A stretch of 64,000 nucleotides of DNA from Tubiluchus corallicola (taxonomy: Eukaryota; Animalia; Priapulida), in the NCBI GenBank assembly GCA_030141605.1, contig JAQGDQ010000563.1:1-64000 (forward strand). Reading direction: 5' to 3'. The notes under the pieces are model-generated. The model saw only the letters and a program-made list of their open reading frames with translations, was not told the DNA's origin and did not search any database. The stretch's first letter is position 1. Each line of letters begins with the position of its first letter. This document shows, piece by piece, positions 25,158-37,470 of this stretch. A program made the position numbers and the translations under genes.

Positions 25158-25777
25158 AAATACAAATTCGGTTTCAATATTTTATGCCTTAGATTATTTT
25201 GAGCTACAGTTTAAAATTATGTACTGTTTTCCTTTAATAGCAAACAAATACAAGTTCGGTTTCAATATTTTATGCCTTAGATTATTTTGAGCTATAGTTT
25301 AAAATTATGTACTGTTTTCCTTTAATAGCAAACAAATACAAGTTCGGTTTCAATATTTTATGCCTTAGATTATTTTGAGCTATAGTTTAAAATTACGTAC
25401 TGTTTTCCTTTAATAGCAAACAAATACAAGTTTGGTTTCAATATTTTATGCCTTAGATTATTTTGAGCTATAGTTTAAAATTATGTACTGTTTTCCTTTA
25501 ATAGCAAACAAATACAAATTCGGTTTCAATATTCTATGCCTTAGATTATTTTGAGCTATAGTTTAAAATTACGTACTGTTTTCCTTTAATAGCAAACAAA
25601 TACAAGTTCGGTTTCAATATTTTATGCCTTAGATTGTTTTTAGATATAGTTTAAAATTATGTGCTGTTTTCCTTTAATAGCAAACAAATACAAGTTCGGT
25701 TTCAATATTTTATGCCTTAGATTATTTTGAGCTATAGTTTAAAATTATGTACTGTTTTCCTTTAATAGCAAACAAAT
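25158..25777. repeat. 88-bp minisatellite x7
   Basis: Unit aaatacaagttcggtttcaatattttatgccttag...cctttaatagcaaac. Confidence 0.95.
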
Positions 25778-25823
25778 TAGAAATGAGAAGATTATATTTT
25801 ACAAATGAATAAATATGACTTAC

Positions 25824-25896
25824 TGTTGCCAAACTTGACTCCATAGAAACAGCGGCAGTAAGCAATAGATGTAATACATAACCGGGCTAGATTGAA
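25824..25896 (-). CDS. PIGN: PIGN exon: QSSPVMYYIYCLLPLFLWSQVWQ
   Basis: QxxPxxYYxYxLLP motif; ttgcag / gtaagt. Confidence 0.92.
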
Positions 25897-26407
25897 CTGC
25901 AAGAAAAACATTCAATTTTTATTCATAACGAATGTGAAACAACAAATTCATCATCATCATCATCGTCATACGCCCGTCACGTCTATTGTAGACATTGGGC
26001 AGGCAGAATTCTAAAATAAAAGAAATCTGCCTTCAGACAGGTAAACGCAGTAGTAATCCAGCAAAAAAACTAGACACTGCTACGTCAGTGGCTTGTCAGC
26101 ACCACTTCCGAAAGAAACAACAAATTACTAGTGTTGTGTGTCAGTGGCGTAGCTGATGGGGGGAGGGGGGAGCAAAGAAAACAGCCACTCGCTCTGAACA
26201 CATGTTTGAAAATTGGCAACTTTTTGTTAATGGAGACGTTACTTTATTTGACCAACCTGTCTTCCGTGTTTTTGAAACGAGCGTACATTTACACAACTCA
26301 TTTGTCAAGGTCGTCTGATTAAATCAACGATCAAATTTCTACCCAAAGTCTCTTTAATAAAAGTTATGAGTAACATTAAAAATGCGGAAAGTTAAGTTAT
26401 GTTCATC

Positions 26408-27003
26408 AGCCTTTTCAAAGTTTCAGCAATTGATGACGATTGTGAAAAGGTCAAAGGTTAAGTGTACCAGACATGGCATTTGTGTACACTTGACAACGCC
26501 TCGCAGCCCATGCTGTTGTAATAGTAACACTTTTAACAGCTAGAACCTTACCTAGTTCATTTTTTCGTTGCCAAGTGAGATCCTGCTAGTAAATCACTCT
26601 AGGCACAGAATAATGCATGATTAATCAAAGTCCAGGTAAAACAACTGAAGTTACTGAACTGATGTGCCAGTCGGCTTTTCTTTAAAAACACGTGTCATGT
26701 AACGATCATAGATAACATGTGTTGCTGTGGTACACTTAACCTTTGACCTACAGCAGCTGCACGTGTGCACAGCGAAACTGTGAAAGCCAAGCAAGATCCT
26801 GCTAATAAATCACCGTACGCACAGGCTAAAACAAATTTAATAAGGTCCACGTAAAACAGCTGAAGTTACTGAACTGATGCGGCAGACAGCTTTGCTTTAC
26901 ATAGACGGCACGAGACGGTTGTAGTTAACACGCATTGCTTTGGTACACTTAACCTTTGACCTACAGCAACTGCGCGTATGAACAGAGAAACTGTGAAAAG
27001 GCT
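26408..27003. mobile_element. MITE (AGCCTTTTCACAGTT family) with a partial internal duplication
   Basis: agccttttcaaagttt...aactgtgaaaaggct; opposite orientation to the 27900 copy. Confidence 0.75.
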
Positions 27004-27112
27004 TATTTATTCGAAGTGAACATTAAATTTACCAGTTAAATTTATCAGGTTAAAATGCAACTCAACTTGAAACAACAAGCAGATGTGTGAAAACAGCAAA
27101 ACTTCAACTTAC

Positions 27113-27808
27113 CAAACAGTAAAAAACAGATGATTAAAACTACGCCACTTAAAGACTTCACATTGTTTCTATCCCAGAATGCCCTGTCTAATTGTTGCCC
27201 TCTGTGTGGAACAATGTCCGTGTGATTCTGGATGAGAAGCACGAAAACGTAAACGATCCAACCACAAAATATTGAGATTATGCACAAGCTGAGAAACGGC
27301 CTGTCGTAAGTCTGATAAAACTTTAACCCTTCCAAGGTCAACGAGATTAACTCTTTACTGGCATTATTGGCTTCGTCATGACTCTTGTTTCTCATGAGAT
27401 TTTCTATTCTTCGTTGTTTCTCTTGTATCCTCGTTTTCGTCAGCATCGCAAACGGACGAAATAATAAAGAAATCGTGGTGAGCCTTTTCTCCTCTTCTTT
27501 TACTTTGTACTGTTCTGCCATCTGACGAGCATTCGTGAGCAACGCAGAGGACTTGAACTCGTCCGACGTACCTAGATAATCAATTGGGAGAACTCCGACG
27601 GAATTCACGGGAAAAGGGATTCCGATTAAAGTCGCCATAAGTGGAGTTATGTCGGCCTGTTCTACGTCCGAGCGATGAAGATGATGGAGACCCCAGGAGA
27701 TGCTAAGATCGTCCGCTTCGTTTGTCCTCAAGATAGGGCCACGAGTACCTGACCCCCATGCGACCAGTGGTGTTAATGTCTCCTGAGGGTGACCCGTTCC
27801 ATGTGACC
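27113..27808 (-). CDS. PIGN: PIGN large 696-nt exon: SHGTGHPQETLTPLVAWGSG...DVEQADITPLMATLIGIPFPVNSVGVLP...LEGLKFYQTYDR...FLLF
   Basis: Within ORF 27045-27842; hallmark MCD4/PIGN motifs; ttag / gtaagt; phase 1/1. Confidence 0.97.
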
Positions 27809-27899
27809 CTAAATAATGACAAATATTCAAATGATTAGACAATGCTTTTTCTAAATTTTGTTAAAAATTATTTACATTTCACTTGTATCTGATCATAAG

Positions 27900-28289
27900 A
27901 AGTCTTTTCACAGTTTCGTTGTGCACATGTGCAGCTGCTGTAGGTCAAAGGTTAAGTGTATCACAGCAACACATGTTACCTACGATCGTGTCATAACACG
28001 TGTTTTTAATGCAAAGCCGACTGGCACATTAGTTCAGTAACTTCAGTTGTTTTACGTAGACTTTACTTAATTATCCATTGGTCTGAGTGTAGACTGATTT
28101 ACTAGCAGGATTTTGCTTGGGAACAACAAAAAATGAACTAGGTAAGGTTCTGGCTAGCTGTTAAAACTGTTACTATTACAATAGCTTGGGTTGAGAGGCG
28201 TTGTAAAGTGTACACAAATGCGTTGTTAGGTACACTTAACCTTTGACCTTTTCACGATCATAATCAATCGCTGGAACTGCGAAAAGGCT
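27900..28289. mobile_element. MITE (AGCCTTTTCACAGTT family)
   Basis: agtcttttcacagttt...aactgcgaaaaggct. Confidence 0.75.
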
Positions 28290-28368
28290 TACTTCCCAAT
28301 TATTTTAAATATTCTAACAGCATTTCAAGCTTTAATGTGATCTAGAATTTGCGAGATTTTAAATTTAC

Positions 28369-28499
28369 CCCAGTCAGTCATGCCGTGGTCGGATGTGAAG
28401 ATGAAACTCGTCAGATTGTCGTCATCGTAGAAATTGCTAATTAGTGTAACGATCTCTTGTATTTTCTCATCCACTAATCTGATGTTGTCATTGTACTCC
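28369..28499 (-). CDS. PIGN: PIGN exon: EYNDNIRLVDEKIQEIV...FIFTSDHGMTDW
   Basis: Alkaline-phosphatase-superfamily TSDHGM motif; tttaag / gtaaa. Confidence 0.96.
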
Positions 28500-29036
28500 C
28501 TTAAAAAAGAAATTTTAGAAATGTGACAATCAAAAAAAATATCATTTTAAAACAATGTTGAATACAAAAAAAAACTGATATCATTTCGAGAAAAATTTCA
28601 AAGATTCCATACTAACCTTTTAAGACATTATATTGGGTAAAAAGCACCCAAATGATTTATAAATTTAATAACAGTGTTAGGGTGTTTCATAATCCCAAAA
28701 TTCATTCAGGGCTGGACTGTCCTATAAGCTAGTATAGGCTACAGCTTAGGTCCCTCCCTCAAACTTTTGTAACATTTAATACAAACACTTAAGTCAAATT
28801 GTTTATTGCAGGCACTTGAAAACATTTATAGTTAAAACACTATAAGTTCATTATATAGCTTTTAATTTACAAAGCAGTTCAATTTGTTTAAGTTTATTTT
28901 CAAACACTTAGCTATTTGTTATTGTATCAATTTCTTTTCTATTGGTAAGCTATGTAAATATCGCTAAATAAGATAATAAGATATTTTATTAGGTAATCAC
29001 AATTACAAATCACACAATACACACACCGATTATAAA

Positions 29037-30077
29037 GACACAATTACACACACATACAGTACTACAAAAAAACCTAAACCAGGTTAACAAGAACACACTT
29101 ACACACATATACAGCGCTACAAAAAACCTATACCACGTTAACAAGAACACACTTACACACATATACAGCGCTATGAAAAACCTATACCACGTTAACAAGA
29201 ACACAATTACACACATATACAGCGCTATGAAAAACCTATACCACGTTAACAAGAACACACTTACACACATACACAGCACTACAAAAAACCTATATCATGT
29301 TATCAAGAACACAATTACACACATATAGAACGCTACAAAAAACCTACACCACGTTATCAAGAACACAATTACACACATATACAGCGCTACAAAAAACCTA
29401 TACCACGTTAACAAGAACACAATTACACACATATACAGCGCTACAAAAAACCTATATCATGTTATCAAGAACACAATTACACACACATACAGCGCTACAA
29501 AAAACCTACACCACGTTATCAAGAACACAATTACACACACATACAGCGCTACAAAAAACCTATACCACGTTAACAAGAACACACTTACACACATATACAG
29601 CGCTATGAAAAACCTATACCACGTTATCAAGAACACAATTACACACATATACAGCGCTACAAAAAACCTACACCACGTTATCAAGAACACAATTACACAC
29701 ATATACAGCGCTACAAAAAACCTATACCACGTTAACAAGAACACAATTACACACATATACAGCGCTACAAAAAACCTATATCACGTTAACAAGAACACAA
29801 TTACACACATATACAGCGCTACAAAAAACCTATAGCACGTTAACAAGAACACAATTACACACATATACAGCGCTACAAAAAACCTATATCATGTTATCAA
29901 GAACACAATTACACACATATAGAACGCTACAAAAAACCTATACCACGTTAACAAGAACACACTTACACACATATACAGCGCTACAAAAAACCTATAGCAC
30001 GTTAACAAGAACACAATTACACACATATACAGCGCTATAAAAAACCTATACCATGTTATCAAGAACACAATTACACA
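29037..30077. repeat. 54-bp minisatellite, about 19 copies
   Basis: Unit aagaacacaattacacacatatacagcgctacaaaaaacctataccacgttaac. Confidence 0.96.
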
Positions 30078-30221
30078 AGTCAAACTCAACAATTTAAACC
30101 AAAGACACTACACTTTTAAACCAATAATAATGTTTTTAAATAAATACATAGCAAAGTGATTGGAAAATGTCTAACCCATTTCCCTAAAAGATCAGTTGTA
30201 ATGGTAATCATTTTCGTTATA

Positions 30222-30930
30222 CAGTAAAGCACAGTTTATTAGACTCACAGTTAATAGAATCAGTCACTTAATTGACTCAAAAATGTCTGGTTCCCAGATC
30301 CTATTAATGGGCCGTTCCTATTAATTATTTTATTAATTCACGTATGTAAATTAGTATTCTTAAATAATTGTGTTGGCATCCTTCTGTCTCGGAAGACAAT
30401 GGAATGTGCGCCAAGAGAGTCAGTTATTGATCACATTGATGGAGCTGCAGTATCGACTGTGGCTGAGCAGTGCGATCCTTGAACGTCTCCAGGGCGCACG
30501 CATGGGCAAGGGGTATGGAGATACTGAGTTGCCCAGACAACAGGAACCCCCTCTCTTCGTCTTTGGTGTAGTCCAAAGGAAAGCGGAGCGATACGTTTGG
30601 CACCAGGTTGGCTGCAGGAGCTGCCGGAGTCAGTGAGCATGCTGCACTGGTCGGGGCTCCACTCCTGATTTAGAAGGTTTACTCCTCTACACATGGCCGT
30701 TGGGTCACATGACCTCTAGTCGTTGGCTGCAAACTTAAATAATTACTTATAGGAATTTTGACATTAATTTGTTTCTAAAATTCATTTAAAAGCCTTTGCA
30801 ATGCATAGTAAGGTGATGACTCATACTGGTACAGTAGTAATATACTAAACCCTTCGGCTAATCGATTCAGTCGGTTAACTGGGTCAAAATATTTCCATCC
30901 CAAAGTGAGTCTATTAAGTGGTGCCTACTG
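30222..30930. mobile_element. pogo/Tigger-like MITE carrying a nested insertion
   Basis: TA|CAGTAAAGCACAGTTTATTAGACTCAC ... GTGAGTCTATTAAGTGGTGCCTACTG|TA. Confidence 0.6.
30370..30733 (-). mobile_element. GC-rich 364-bp retroposon, probably an RTE-derived non-autonomous element/SINE
   Basis: 11-bp TSD CTTAAATAATT (30359-30369 and 30734-30744); minus-strand end ccattgtcttccgagacagaaggatgccaacac resembles recalled RTE 3' ends. Confidence 0.7.
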
Positions 30931-30977
30931 TAGTGTTACTATCTAAGCATTCTAAGCATTACCCCCCCCCCCCCCCA

Positions 30978-31670
30978 GTATGCACCAGTTCAGTTTTGGA
31001 TCTATTACTGTAGCTACTAGCGTAATTCGTTCGTGCGAAACGGAGACGTATCTTGGCCACATAATTTCTAGAGATAATAAGAATGACATAGACATTATTA
31101 GGCGAAGAAATATTTACTATGTTAGAGCAAACAGTATCTTGAGAAAATTTTATCATTGTACAAATAGCGTTAAAACTTGTTTGTTCAATTCGTAATTCAT
31201 TCTATGGTATGGCAATGTGGCGGCATTTTTATAACTACAGTTTAACTAAACTTAAAGTAGTTCATAACATCTCTAAACGGAAACTTTTCACTTATTCATA
31301 CGATGAGAATGCTAGAATATTTTCAGTAAATCATAATGTTACAAACTTTGATGTTATACACAGGAAAATGGCTTACAGTTTGTACATGAGAGTATTGTGT
31401 AGTACAAATTTATTAATTAAAGCTTTAACTGAAAGTGGCTTACACTTCTGACATTAGAAGACAGTGGAGGATCTTGTTATATTGTAATTATAGTTAGGCA
31501 CTTTCTGGTGCTAAGCATCACTGGATAATTTATCTTTATCTTTTGTGTATGTAGTATGTAATGTTGTAGATATCGTATAATTGTGGTGCATGTATTTTTT
31601 ATGTTTGTTTTTTATTTTGTGAGTGTAAATATGAATTTTGATTCAAAATAAAGCGTTAAATGAAATAAAA
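30978..31670 (+). mobile_element. 5'-truncated, decayed non-LTR retrotransposon (RT C-terminus, 3' UTR, A-rich tail)
   Basis: YLGHII...DIDI...YVRANSILRKF..C...VK..LF, then KLKVVHN; ends aataaa...aaataaaa. Confidence 0.75.
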
Positions 31671-32125
31671 TATAAAAGATGTTTAGTTACATGGTTTTGC
31701 CTAACGTGACATGGATCTATGAGAATGAATAGAATGAAAGGTTTTATTGTTATTGTGAATTTGAAGTTGAAGCTAGGACAGTTATTCTCACTGGTGCTGT
31801 AAGTGAACTTTTATGCTTGAAGTAAAATGCTCTTCAGTATAAACAATCTGGTTATTGCTTAACGTATGTGAGCACAATTCTGTCTTCCATTCATTTTAGG
31901 AAGACTCAGAACTCAGCAGGGATGAAAAAACCTTGTCAAGAATTTGGAAGAATTTTTGCTAAAGCTTTTGTTTTTAAAAGCGAATATTTAAAACGATTTA
32001 ACCGAGATAGCTTGAGCTTGACCAGCATTCAGGTAGTAGCCATTGGTGTGAGACAAGACCATCAACCTGTTATTGTTTTGTTGATCTTTACTATGGTTCT
32101 ATTTAAAATCATTTACATTATATCA

Positions 32126-32149
32126 TGTGTGTGTGTGTGCGTGTGTGTG

Positions 32150-32186
<37 letters not shown>

Positions 32187-33105
32187 TGTATGTGTGTTGT
32201 GTGTGTGTGTAGTGTGTGTGTGTGTGTAGTGTGTGTGTGTGCGTGTGTGTGTGTGTGTGTGTGTAGTGTGTGTGTGTGTGTGTGTGTTGTGTGTGTGTGT
32301 AGTGTGTGTGTGTTGTGTGTGTGTGTGTTGTGTGTGTGTGTTGTGTGTGTGTAGTGTGTGTGTGTTCTGTGTGTGTGTGTAGTGTGTGTGTGTTGTGTGT
32401 GTGTGTAGTGTGTGTGTGTGTGTGTGTTCTGTGTGTGTGTGTTCTGTGTGTGTGTAGTGTGTGTGTGTGTAGTGTGTGTGTGTGTTCTGTGTGTGTGTGT
32501 AGTGTGTGTGTGTTGTGTGTGTGTGTGTTGTGTGTGTGTGTTGTGTGTGTGTAGTGTGTGTGTGTTCTGTGTGTGTGTGTAGTGTGTGTGTGTTGTGTGT
32601 GTGTGTAGTGTGTGTGTGTGTGTGTGTTCTGTGTGTGTGTGTTCTGTGTGTGTGTAGTGTGTGTGTGTGTAGTGTGTGTGTGTGTTCTGTGTGTGTGTGT
32701 AGTGTGTGTGTGTTGTGTGTGTGTGTGTTGTGTGTGTGTGTTGTGTGTGTGTAGTGTGTGTGTGTTCTGTGTGTGTGTGTAGTGTGTGTGTGTTGTGTGT
32801 GTGTGTAGTGTGTGTGTGTGTGTGTGTTCTGTGTGTGTGTGTTCTGTGTGTGTGTAGTGTGTGTGTGTGTAGTGTGTGTGTGTGTTCTGTGTGTGTGTGT
32901 AGTGTGTGTGTGTTGTGTGTGTGTGTGTTGTGTGTGTGTGTTGTGTGTGTGTAGTGTGTGTGTGTTCTGTGTGTGTGTGTAGTGTGTGTGTGTTGTGTGT
33001 GTGTGTAGTGTGTGTGTGTGTGTGTGTAGTGTGTGTGTGTAGTGTGTGTGTATGTGAGTGTGTGTGTGTGTGTGTGTGCGCGCGAGCGAGTGAGTGTGTG
33101 AGTGT
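32126..33105. repeat. Compound (GT)n microsatellite with a 200-bp higher-order period
   Basis: Same interruption pattern recurs at 32306, 32506, 32706 and 32906. Confidence 0.93.
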
Positions 33106-33246
33106 ATGTATAGCAATAATATACTAAACCCTTCGGCTAATTGATTCAGTCGGTTAATTGGGTCAAAATACTTCCATCCCAAAGTGAGTCTATTAAGTGG
33201 TGCCTACTGTAGTATTAAAGAAGTTTAATTACACAGGTTTGCCTAC

Positions 33247-33371
33247 CGTGACATGGGTCTATGAGAATGACCTTGTGTGTCCAGTCCCAGCAAATGTAAG
33301 AAGAAAACAACTTTATCCTGGCTTATCTTCTCAGCTAATTCTTCATCTTTTTTAGCTTTCTCAAAAAATTC
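33247..33371 (-). CDS. PIGN: PIGN exon: EFFEKAKKDEELAEKISQDKVVFFLHLLGLDTQGHSHRPMS
   Basis: VFFLHLLGxDTxGH motif; ctcag / gtaggc. Confidence 0.96.
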
Positions 33372-33479
33372 CTGAGCACAAAAATAGTCAAAATGTCGCA
33401 TTAATTTAAATGAATCTATTATAACAAAATAGTCAGAAAATACCAGCAGTTAAAAGTTCACCGAAATTCCACATACAGT

Positions 33480-33985
33480 AAACCTTTTCACAGTTCCCAC
33501 GATTGATGATGATCGTGAAGAGGTCAAAGGTTAAGTGTACCAGACAACACATTAGTGTACACTTGACAAAGCCTCACAGCCTATGCTGTTGTAATAGTAA
33601 GTTTTGACAGCCAACTAGAACCTTACCTAGTTCATCCCAAGCAACATCCTGCTAGTAAATCACTCTACGCACAGACTAGTGCATAATTATGTAAAGTCCA
33701 CAAAAAACAACTGAAGTTACTAAACTGATGTGGCAGACTGCTTTGCTTTACCCACACATCATGTGACAGTTGAAGTTGAGATGCGTTGCTGTGGTACACT
33801 TAACCTTACTAAACTGATGTAGCAGACTGCTTTGCTTTACGCACACATCATGTGACGGTTAAAGTTAAGATGCGTTGCTGTGATACACTTAACCTTACTA
33901 AACTGATGTGGCAGACTACATTGCTTTACCCACACGTCATGTGACGGTTAAAGTTAAGACGCATTGCTGTGATACCCTTAAGCTT
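33480..33985. mobile_element. MITE (same family) with an internal 89-bp unit triplicated (33718-33985)
   Basis: Starts aaccttttcacagttc; units at 33718, 33807 and 33896. Confidence 0.8.
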
Positions 33986-33998
33986 TGAATACACTCAC

Positions 33999-34105
33999 TT
34001 TGACTTTGTCAAAAACCCAGACGTCTAACTTTGATGCGTCTTCGGAGGCAAAATCCTCAAATTCAGCTTCGTACATGTGAGTGAAGATGTGGGATCCACT
34101 CGCTC
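33999..34105 (-). CDS. PIGN: PIGN exon: [35 protein letters not shown]
   Basis: EDF...LDxWVFD motif; ctacag / gtgagt. Confidence 0.95.
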
Positions 34106-34304
34106 CTGTAGATTACAACATGAGATAATAATTATAATTAATTATGACTGTGATTTGTCAGAAGTTTTTTATGAACCATTACGGTTTATTTTACCAATTA
34201 TTACCTACTGCGGGTAATGAGTTGGAGAATTAGACAGTGAAAAATTGTTGACCAGTCAGGATTTGAACCAGTGACCTGGGATTAGTACTTCCATGCTCTA
34301 TGAC

Positions 34305-34982
34305 TTAAAGGATAAGAAAAGAGGTTCCTGAAGTTGGTTTCAGAAAAATCGCCTTAAAAAATTATAATACTTTATAACAATTTTATGTGTATATCGTACT
34401 CGCACTGAAAGGAATTTTTTGTTTTCATTTTAAATCTCCCGCAATACTGTTCCGAAGTCGCCATTACATGACGCCATGCACCAAACGTAAATCAGGGGAA
34501 GAAAAGGCAATGTTAAATTATGTCTCAAAAGACTTTCCGTGCAAATCTATATTGCTTAAATTTTCGCTTACCTGCTAGAAAGACTTATGTAACTAGAAAA
34601 GAAAATTATTAATTATTCAAAATGTTTTCGCCAATTGGTAAAATGTCGCTGACTCACCCTACAGGGTGCACTACTTACTAAGCGAAAAACGTATTTTTAA
34701 TCTTATTGACAAGATACAGTTATATTAAATTTTATTCAGTTGGTGACTTGTGCTCTGATTATTTTTTCAAACTTTACAAAATGTTACCTAAACTTGTTTC
34801 AAATGACCTGTCGTGAAAATGGCTGCATCTAACGGTCATCGTAGGAGTTTAAATTTACATGTTTTAGACAACGTTACTGCTGACTGAAGTCCTGCATGTA
34901 AAAAGGCAGTATGTAAGTGATATAATATATCAAAACAAATTTTTCAAGCTTTATGTTTATGAAGGGTTTTCTTGTGCTTTAG
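34305..34982. mobile_element. TTAA-flanked DNA-transposon-like repeat (possibly Kolobok-like); second copy at 47897-48497
   Basis: ttaaaggataagaa...ttcttgtgcttta ends; long similarity between the two copies. Confidence 0.65.
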
Positions 34983-35739
34983 GTTACCAGCCCAGCATGA
35001 CAGAGCAGACCTAAGATTTCCTCCTTCTAGCTCAGACTCCAACATCGCCACCTGTACCTGTAACAGTCTGGAATAGGTCTTATAAGACCTATGACGTTTC
35101 TGCTACTGTATGAGCACAGACATAACTAAATGATTACAAATTAGGTATTGTTCTATTCAGCAGGATCTCGGCTGTCCAATCGTGCTGTTTGTTTAAACAT
35201 TTATAAGTGATTTAACTCCAAGAAAATGTGCCTTATTCAGGCACTCCAACTTAGCCTATCGAGTAGCTTAGTCTGGTGTACACTTGCGTGATCGTACACA
35301 CAATTTTATTGATTACCTGCTTGCTACAACTCAAGAGAAGTGTCTGGTGTACAGAGTTCCAGGAAAAACCAACCAATCAGCCAAAGAGAAATTAAGGTAA
35401 TTTCATCTTTTAATAGGATTTCCTTCTTAAAAATAGAGTAGACTTGAGGCCAAAGTTTATCAGAGTGTTGTGTCTGGATAGTTGAAATTTTCTACATTAG
35501 CTGATTTCACACAACACAAGTGATACTGTACATTGTTACAGTGCAAACACTGCAGTTACTGAAAGTTTTCAATTTTCCGGTCAAAAATCGAATTTTAATT
35601 TATTTAGGTAAGCAAATGTATTTCATATATAATTATGCACGAAAGTCCATTGTGTGGGGAATAGAAACCTACAATAATTGTCACATATAACCTAATCGCT
35701 GCTTAGTGAGAGCAGTTTTTTACGAAACCATTCAAAATG

Positions 35740-36185
35740 CAACAAACGCTTACGGTCCTGAAGAAGTTAAGTGTGGGATGTTACTGTATTTATTTTTTTA
35801 CTAACACACAGCAAACACTTACAGTCCTGAAGAAGTTAAGTTTGGGATGTTACTGTATTTATTTTTTTACTAACACACAGCAAACACTTATGGTCCTGAA
35901 GAAGTTAAGTTTGGGATGTTACTGTATTTATTTTTTTTACTAACATACAGCAAACACTTACAGTCCTGAAGAAGTTAAGTTTGGGATTTTACTGTATTTA
36001 TTTTTTTACTAACACACAGCAAACACTTATGGTCCTGAAGAAGTTAAGTTTGGGATGTTACTGTATTTATTTTTTTACTAACACACAGCAAACACTTACA
36101 GTCCTGAAGAAGTTAAGTTTGGGATGTTACTGTATTTATTTTTTTACTAACACACAGCAAACACTTACAGTCCTGAAGAAGTTAA
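35740..36185. repeat. 69-bp minisatellite, about 6.5 copies
   Basis: Unit cagcaaacacttacagtcctgaagaagttaagtttgggatgttactgtatttatttttttactaacaca. Confidence 0.95.
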
Positions 36186-36236
36186 AGCATTACTGTGAAC
36201 TGAAATAGAGTTCAGAAACTTGTTCAGCATGCTTAC

Positions 36237-36335
36237 CTTTTGCAAACATTGGCAAGATGTCTGGGCTGCCCCAACACCAAGTGTAACGACTTTCATTAAA
36301 CAATGAGTCGAATTCAACAGGGTTTTCTTTCCAGC
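36237..36335 (-). CDS. PIGN: PIGN exon: [32 protein letters not shown]
   Basis: Near-invariant PIGN motif; aacag / gtaagc. Confidence 0.97.
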
Positions 36336-36409
36336 CTGTTACAAGATAAAAACTGTATCAATATAAAATAAGCTTAGAATTATCCATATTTGGAAGAACA
36401 AATGTAACT

Positions 36410-36795
36410 ACGTCAAAATAGAGTTCATTGCCGACAGACTTCGAACAAACTGTTCATTATCAAGGCATCTAAGAGATAGAAATTTACCAAAATTTAGAAA
36501 CAACATTGAAATGCAATTCAGTAGTTAATAACTAAGACAGATAGTATAGAACTGACAGTTTTGTTACAACTGACATATTTGTTAGTTTGTGGAGTGTTAA
36601 ATAGTTTCGTACCAATCAAGATATGTAATTTGTTAAATTATCTATCTAATATTATATCATATATCTTTTGGCTATTAACTACTGAATTGTATTTCGATGT
36701 TGTTTCTAAATTCTGGAAAATTTCTTTCTTTTGGAAGCTCTTGATAATGAACAGTTTTGTTTGAAGCCGGTCAGCAATAAATTCCATTTTGATGT
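36410..36795. repeat. Diverged foldback (inverted repeat, arms about 130 bp)
   Basis: aactgttcattatcaag...atttagaaacaacat...caattcagtagttaata against tattaactactgaattg...atgttgtttctaaat...cttgataatgaacagtt. Confidence 0.75.
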
Positions 36796-37470
36796 AAAAT
36801 AAGTTTAGTATAATATCAGGTGATTATAAAATATTATTGCTACGTTGTTATGGAACAAGTTATAAACCCCAATATCGTAACACGAGAAACGGAAAACTAG
36901 AATTTGTTTGGCACATGAGATAATGCCAGCGCTGCCTCCTGTCCTTGACAGATCAGATACGTTTGTCTTTCTTGGTCACTACACGACTTCGCAGTCTTCT
37001 TAAAGGAAAAACCGGACCCAATCTTATAAACTTGTAGCTCAAAACGTCTATCCGACAAAACCTGCTCATTTTTCAAGAAAGACTTATGCGAACGAACCGC
37101 AGAAACGTAACCTCGCATTCGGTGCATCTAGTTCTTCGCTGTTACATGCACTTCATCATTCGCGGTTAGACGTGCAGTAGCAGCTGCATGCCGGAAACAC
37201 ATTGCACAAAAAGCAGGTGCCGTACCTCTGAGTTCAAATATATTCAATTGAGATCACAGAGGTGAAGCAGAATTTTGGACTTTTAAACTTAAAATTTGAG
37301 GACTTTTCGTATATCACGCTGCATGTTGAACTACATTTTCATTTAGCATATCACAACATCAGAAAGAATATAATATACGAACTATGAACCAATGTAGCTA
37401 GACAAATAACGATAAACCACGAGGAGTTTATGCTTACAAACAATTACCTTTAGTTACTGAAGCCACATAC

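Noticed and set aside
31860-32100. Possible pogo/Tigger transposase remnant (LLKTKALA) on the minus strand
   Set aside because: Too short and interrupted by stops to support without a search.
35740-36185. Repeated TACTAAC...CAG as a branch-point/acceptor array
   Set aside because: It is on the strand opposite to PIGN and no plus-strand exon follows.
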